NCBI GenBank assembly: GCA_001244265.2
Contig: CDLV01000004.1
Span: 806,001-870,000, forward strand
Length of the DNA stretch: 64,000 bases
Direction of reading: 5' to 3'
Source of the DNA: Microbotryum violaceum
Lineage: Eukaryota
In this document: positions 52,588 to 64,000 of the stretch, piece after piece
Position numbering within the stretch: position 1 is the stretch's first letter
Layout: every line of letters starts with the position of its first letter
Program-made: the position numbers and the translations under genes
Notes under the pieces: generated by a model
The model's input: the letters and a program-made list of their open reading frames with translations, nothing else
Told to the model about the DNA's origin: nothing
The model's database searches: none

Positions 52588-55500
52588 CTAGCCCATGGGC
52601 TCGTCGAGAATCTCGAGGTCGTCCGAGTCTTCAACGCTTGTCGAGCCCGACTCTCCGTCGCCCTCCCCGAGCTCAGCATCATCTTTTTCCTCGACCTCCT
52701 GCTCCGATAGTAAACCCAAAAGTTCTTCCATTCGTCTTTCATACACATCATCACGGTCTCGCTGGGCCTGCTCCGCGGCTGGATCGGGGGTCAGGCCAAG
52801 TTCCCTTCGGAATGCGTCGAGGTCGATGGGTGTGTGGCGCACGTCCACGGCAGAAGTACCTGATAAGCTGCGGCTCGACTCAGCGATGGGGCTCTGCATT
52901 TGAGTGTTATTTGGCGTCGAAAGGCGGCGACCGAAATGACGTGGACTACCGCGCGAACGGCGCGACACCTGTTTCGCCCGTCCGGCGAAAAGTCCCCCGA
53001 TCAAACCAAATGCCGAGGGCCGCGATTCATGAACTGCGGGTGAACGCGTCCTAAACCAGACAACCGAGAGATCATCGCGTTCGGCGAGCCGATCCAGACG
53101 CTCTTTGAACGAAATCGGCCGGTGTTGAAGCACATGCCACACCGCAGTGCCAACCTCGCCCGCGCCGTCAGTTCCGAGAAGTTTCTTAGCCGCTTCGATC
53201 GTTTCTTCGGGAAATAATAGAAGGGGCGACGTAAGGTACAGCACCAACACAAAAAAAGGGTGTGTTCATCTCACCTCGGTCCTCTGCCCATGCCTGAGAT
53301 ACCCTAACAAAGCGAGTGTCCTCATCCTCGAGCCACGCAAGTAGTTGTCGAACCTCAGCTCCGATTCGGAGAATCTCTTCTTCCGCCCTGGCTTTAGAGT
53401 AAAACCGCCTTGATCCCTTTCTGAACATCGGTATCAATCGCCCAAGGCGCAGCGTCGTGTACGAAAAAACCGTCTTGCCAGAAAGCGTCCGTTGGCGACA
53501 GAGTCACAAGCGACTTAATTGTGGTAGCGAGCGGTAAGTTGTCCAAAATCTGGGCCGATTGCTCGGTCGCAGCACTTCGGTAATCCCCGACCGCTTTATT
53601 GTACATATCGATTGCCACTTTTACTTTCTTGCTGTACGTCTGTGAGACGCTGACAAGCTTGCTGGCTTCGACTTGACCGATTGTCGCGCCGCTTCGTCCC
53701 CCACCCATTGAGTCAATTCGTTCTTGACAGCATTGCAATTGGACCGTCGCTTTGTGTAATGCGCGAAGTTTAACTACGCAGTTGCACAAATGCTGGAAAT
53801 CTAGGTATGTCATGGGACATCAAACATCAGATGGCGATACTCATAAAGATAGGACGCGCGCCGCACCTAAAGCTGCAAGCTCCTTCGTGCGATCGTATTC
53901 TTGTTGGTAAGCTCTTAGCTGTTGCTGCAAGCGAGCCTTCGCTTCATCGGAAGCCATTGGATCGAATCTGAACACACAATGCCAAGACACAGTGTCAAAT
54001 TTACGCCCTCGTCCTCCAATGGGGTTTGACGCGCCGAACGTACAGCCTTTCTTCCACGTGGTGTAGCCTCTGTACAATGTTAAAAAGCTCTAATCGCTCC
54101 TTGTCCTCGTTCTCCCGACGTTGACCCGCCGTTGTGGCCGCTTGAGCAGCTCGTTGTAAATCCCATTGCGCGAGAAGGTCAGACTCGGACCATATTGCCG
54201 AAATGTCACTCAGATCAGTTTGTGCCCTTCCAAGCTGATCTTGAGCATTCGACAGTCGTCTGCGGAGCCAACGGCCTCTGTCGAATGCGGAGCCAACGGC
54301 CTAGAATGGACGATGAATGAAGGGACCGCACGATTAATTGACGAACACGGCGTGAAAGTGTGGATGGTAGAGCATACCGAGGCTATCAACACCGTTCTTG
54401 TTCATCAGGTCGATGCGACGCGAGATGTTGACGCGCCGGTGAGCAGCGCTCGCAGGACGATTGATCGGGATGAGCGATCGGAGCTGACTCCAAACGCGTT
54501 CGCATCCCTCCCCATCCGTCAACCCGAAGTGCTGAATCAGGCGCGGGTTGTACTCAAGCTGGCAGGGCCATTGATGAGCAAAAGCATGAAACACGCTCGT
54601 GGCAAACTTCAATCTCGGAAACAGATCGGGAAGGATACCTCTCTGCAGGCGATCGAAGTACAGTACAGGTCAGCGGCGCCCCAGGGCCAGAAATCTAAGA
54701 AACGACGGATCCGCCACTCTTGCTGACCGATTGCATGTAGCCGTCCAAATTACACGCAACATCATACAGCACTCCGAGTGTATCGTCGGACGGGAGTTGG
54801 TTCGAAATATGTTGCAGCAGCGATAAGCCGTAGTAGTGCCTGCCTCATCAAAAACGAGCGTCAGGCCCTGTAAGCGGGTGAGAGAGGAACTGAGCTGACG
54901 AACTTTTCACCTGATTGATACAAGTTGACCATCTTCAACGCGATATCGTGACGGCAGACACAGGCAACTAGGCTCGTATCGGACTTGCCCCGCGAGATTT
55001 GTGTCGCACCGCCGTTGGCCGCTTTCCATGAATCAGCACAAGCCTTCAAGACGCAAGAGGAAAGGCGTCAGCGCGTTGAAAGGATCGCAGGGGGCGGCTC
55101 GGATCAGCGGACCTTTTCTGACTTCTTTCTGTCGCCACCATCACAGATCTCCTTCATCGATTCGAGCTCATCTTCGCCGAGGAAGAGGGCTGGCGTCGAC
55201 TCCTGAGGATCGTATTTGGCTGAGGTGTCGCGAGAATGTTGGAAGTTGCCATCCAGAGCGACAAGATGCTGCACTTCGACTCTATGGTGGGCTTGGTTTA
55301 GACGCGTCGATCCGTAGCATGCTGGACACTTATCCGAGAGAGAATCCGCGACACCGAGGACGAGGTCTCCCAATTCTCGCTCGGATGTCGTGAGAGCCCG
55401 AAATTCGTCAAGGGCGCGCTGGAGTTGCTTTCGCAACTCCTTGTCGAGCGCAAACGATGATAAACATCGGATAATGCTCAATAGCAATTATGACAGGAGG

Positions 55501-56472
55501 TCGAACTCACGAATTTATGCTGACTCAGGCCCGGCCGACCTCATCCAGTTTGCTCATAGAAAATGTCGAGCCCGCGAGCTGCTCCATCGACAGGAAACGG
55601 CGCGGTGCTCCACCAGGAGTCGAAAAATTGGAGAAGTCGAAAGGTGAATGCAGAGCGAGGAGCAGCTGCGGTCGATCCGATTAATCCTATCTGAGCAAGG
55701 CGCTCGGCGTACGTAAGGCATGGGCTATCGCTGCTGGATCTCGGACAAAAAGCGATCGGCACCTCGACCACTGCATTGATTCAACCATTCGACCTTGTCA
55801 GCGCAACGTTCGACACAGCGACCCAATTCGCCTGATTCACATACAACTTATGAGGTCGTACACGTCAAGCCGTAAAGTGAGGGGACTCTTGCATGAACAA
55901 GGCGGCGGCACTTCGCTAGCGACCGAACCCTGGCACAGCTCCTCGTCCACGTCAATCAAGGGCCGTAGATGACCTTTGACCCCAGCGCAAAACGCGATGT
56001 ACTGGCGCAGAAGCGCTGGCCGTTCCAAGCGCCTAAGGCGATCGTCGTTGAACACGAATTGCTTGTACGTTTCTTGCTTCGACTGACGTGTGGCTGATTC
56101 GAAATTTTCGACTTGGCGCAGGTCAGCCAGTGATAATCGCTCGGCGATTGCACTATAATCAGGCGAGGTTGGGAAATGGGATGTTCGATCCGGAGAGTAT
56201 GGGGCTGGATCGAAGTCGTGTTCGAAGCCACCACCGTACTCGCTGTAACGCGCAATCTCGTCTAAAACACGTACGTTGCAACACGTCTGTAGCCGGGCCT
56301 TGACAGAGTTCGGGGTCACGCTGTGAGATGATGAATGAACGATGGAGCTATACCTATCAATAGGAACGAAAAGATCGGGTGCGCATATCAGCACCGTCAA
56401 TAGGCAGAGAGGAGAGCACATCGTAGTGATACCTACCCAGGGAGAAGACCTTGAAGCCCCTGAAAACTCCAA
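52588..56472 (-). CDS. KDZ (Kyakuja-Dileera-Zisupton) transposase with CxC1 cysteine cluster, multi-exon, probably disabled
   Basis: CSC..YDL, FC…C..LAQIGLIGST..PRSAFTFRLL (CxC1); CPACYG; VALDGNFQH; ACVCRHD; SGEK; LYDVAC; SVFHAFAHQWPCQLEYNPR..GLTDGEGCERVWS. Stop at 55541; true start unresolved. Confidence 0.9.
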
Positions 56473-56629
56473 GCCGATTGTTGGTTCACCTCACCCTGGG
56501 GTTAATGGTTCAGGGATGACTCAGACGCACGCGTGAGGATCCGGAGCGGGCTCCACGCGGGCACAGGAGAAGCTCGGTGCGCTCTCTGAGATCGGTCTGA
56601 GCCTGTCTGAAACTGCAACGCGTGACGAG

Positions 56630-56838
56630 CACCTCGGGCAGACATAAAAAATACGGAACTAGGTTAATCCCGCGAATAGCAGGGCACTTTGGTTCCGAAA
56701 ATGGCAACTCTGGTCCCGCATCGGAGGCGACTTTGGGATCACATCGGAGCGGACTTTGGGATCACATCGATGCGGACTTTGGGATCACATCCGAGGTCAT
56801 TCTTGTACCACGTTCATGGGGACTTTGGTATCACATAG
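56630..56838 (+). repeat. conserved terminus CACCTCGGGCAGACATAAAAAATACG, copy 3, followed by GACTTTGGGATCACATC 23-bp tandem repeats
   Basis: 26-bp match to 12191; three tandem units from 56729 plus a variant at 56821. Confidence 0.8.
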
Positions 56839-57208
56839 TGTAGACGCCTGTATCTCTTGCAATGTGTGATGTATCACTCTGGGAACAGTAGTTTGATGCA
56901 TGTATAGGTCTATAGTACTTCTGGCCGGTGAGACGAGGCGGACGAAGCAGTAGCTACTACATCGATGTTCTGCCCCGCTGGGCCTCTCCGCGCCCGTGGT
57001 GTCAGCGGTCCGGCGCCCGAACCGCCAAGGCCGACGCTCCCGAACGTGATTGCGCCGACTCGGATTAGACCAGAATTGGCACCGGTCCCTCGCTTCTCTC
57101 ATCCATGAAGAACAGTTTATAGAGATCGAGCGAAGATACAGATTCTAATAAGTCACGCTTCGACATCAGCGGACTTTTGCTTGTATGATTATTGCAGTTG
57201 AACGATAT

Positions 57209-58687
57209 TTAAACGTATTCACATGTAAAAACTTGGCTCGCTTTACCTCTCCTTTTCTTAGTGCAGCTGCTCAAAGTGAACAAACCATTTGTCAGCTCTT
57301 TCTTGGTATGATGAAATACTAGACTGTACCTACTTCGAGCATGGATGACCTAGATCACACTTCAACTTTCGGTCTCGACATTGCGAGCAAGCTTTCCGCC
57401 GACTGGAGCTCGGGGTCACGCTTTCCGCTTCCGAATGACGCCGTTTGCTGGGAGTAACAACAGCGGAAGGGCTACTCTCTTGAGGAACCGCAGAGTGCTT
57501 GCATTTTTTTGGTAGGTGTTCGATATCGCGCGTGGCGAATACTGGCGAAAATGAAGGAAAGGCGAGCGTTGGTCGGTCATTAGTATTTACATTAGCTAAT
57601 AACAGCAAAAAAACTATTTAATGTTTAGGGGCGAATCGGATTGGTCCGATGCAAGACGAGTTCGTGCTGTCGACATGTTGTTTCCTTGTACAGATCCCAC
57701 GTGTGACAAACCGCCAGGTTGTGGGTGCTGTATAATGACTGCGTCAGCAGAGGACGAAACATTCCTTGCAAGTCTCGACCCCTCGAAGGTTACGGATCTC
57801 GTAGACACAGGGGTGGAAACTAGAGCGGCGCAGACACGAAGAGAGGAAGGATCATTGAGTGACAATCTGGAATCAAGGGCACGAGCAAAGCCAAGAAGTT
57901 GCTTTTTCTGTCCTGGAACTTACTGTGATGTTGTGAGACTTCTTCCGCGTCGTCACTGCTGTAGCCTGCGCACGAAACAATGGCCGGGTGATGAGATCAG
58001 GGGTGAGTCATTCCGAAACAACAAGGGACATGAGGAGGAGAAGAGCAGAGCTCCATAGGACAATAGAGCATTCAGGAGCTTCAATATCCTATTCGAACTC
58101 ACCGACGTGATCTCCAGGCTGTGTATTTCCATGAGGCTTCCTGCTATCCATCGCGTTGTCTGGATCACGAGTAGCACACGAGACGGTTGGAGACTCCGGC
58201 GAGCCCGAAAACCAAGACGAGCTCGTGTCGCATCGTAGACGAGAGTGCAGGGTGACATCCAACATATAGTCTCGAAGCTCCGAATAAAATCTTCCCGGCT
58301 CAACCTGTGGGCCCCAGCTCCAATCGGGTTCCATTTTGGCGACTGCTGCGCATACCAGGGTTTCCATCACTCGGCACACGAACGCCCCACACGCGTTGCC
58401 ATCAGTCTGTTGAGGATATCTATCCGGTTGAGGCTGATCGCCGGCCTTCGCCGCTTTGACAATCAATCGCTTCCAATTTCTGTACGGGACCGTCGGTCGA
58501 TCGATGCCTCCAGTGATGCGCTCTATCGGTCCCTCTGCACGAGTTTCCAAGAAAGTGATGATTGACTGGCAGGCAGAAAGGGCGATTGACGTCAGCAGCT
58601 GCGCAGAGTTTGAGCGCCTTTGAAAGTGCTTTGTGATGGTCATGGGATGAACTCACATCGAGACTTTCGTTTGCCTCCTTGCGCATG
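57209..58687 (-). CDS. Ulp1/C48-like cysteine peptidase C-terminus plus terminal Zn2Cys6 cluster; 5' part cut off by copia F
   Basis: PQQTDGNACGAFVC (58089-58643). CSQCRDRKLKCDLGHPCS|NCTKKRRGKASQVFTCEYV* after removing a GTAGGT..GCTGAC..CAG intron (about 57269-57333). Whether both lie in one gene is inferred. Confidence 0.65.
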
Positions 58688-63356
<4,669 letters not shown>

Positions 63357-64000
63357 GATCGTCGGCCTGAACGAGGATCTACACAAGGGACGAAGAAGGC
63401 AACAGAGAGTCTTATCAGCCACCCAACCCAAGCTCCTTTGATTTCCTATCCGGGATGATCACCTTGAGTTGAGTAGAGCATGTTTTCCCGGGTCCTTGTC
63501 ATTGTCTCGTTTCTTGTACCCAAGTTTGCCATCCTTGACCCGAACTCTTTTGCAGGCCCCGAGCAACGATGTGTATTCCGTAGAACCTCCGCAACAGGTC
63601 GACCTTCGCCGGGTTGACTCCAAGGTTCTCGAAGGGTAATAGGCACTTCCGGACGCCATTCGATCCCCACTGCCACTTCCGACGGATGTTGGTGATGAGT
63701 AGACGAGGGCGCGTCACCGTAAGGTCGCTCGACGACAGCGAGACAGCGTTCATATTTGCGTGGAGCCCAGTCATGCTTCTGTTAATAGATCGCACCGATG
63801 AAGGTTAGGTCGTTCACAGGACGAAACAAAACGCAGCGCAGCATGCAGCTTCAACATACCTCTGTAGCCATGAACTTTGGGAGCTCCAGGACAGGATGTT
63901 TGCGTACAAATTCCCATCCGAACCTCGGCTTGCGACAATTGAGAACAAACGGCCTGAGACGGAGCTCGTTGTGCTCTGCAGTCGTGAGGATCACGTTTGA
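63357..64000 (-). mobile_element. second copy of the MULE-SWIM transposase region (runs off window)
   Basis: Matches 10684-11328 apart from a 1-bp indel in a G run. Confidence 0.95.

Noticed and set aside
56729-56838. 23-bp repeats as a CRISPR-like array
   Set aside because: Directly tandem with only about 6 variable nt, no unique spacers, no cas genes, eukaryotic context.

Overview
Eukaryotic (fungal, intron-containing) DNA made almost entirely of nested, partly decayed transposable elements. The TE families and repeated TCG>TTG mutations suggest a Pucciniomycotina basidiomycete such as Microbotryum, in a non-recombining or heterochromatic region; this is inference. Retroelements: two Ty3/gypsy chromoviruses, four Ty1/copia elements and one gag-only LTR element. 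DNA transposon genes: a MULE-SWIM transposase with a near-identical partial second copy, a CxC1+KDZ (Kyakuja-type) transposase, a DUF6589-like gene and Helitron fragments. Non-autonomous TIR-type elements carry protease-like or Zn-finger cargo. Host-like genes: a damaged MFS transporter and one apparently intact COQ8/ABC1 kinase. Best-supported structure: a 20.4-kb CATAG...CTATG element (16900-37310, 2-bp TSD) whose removal restores a Helitron motif in frame and which holds five nested retroelements. Most novel candidates: a recurring terminus CACCTCGGGCAGACATAAAAAATACG with different cargo behind each copy, including a Ulp1-like peptidase probably fused to a C-terminal Zn2Cys6 cluster, and a long-TIR element carrying a USP-like remnant. 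No database searches were run; all family calls come from motif recognition.
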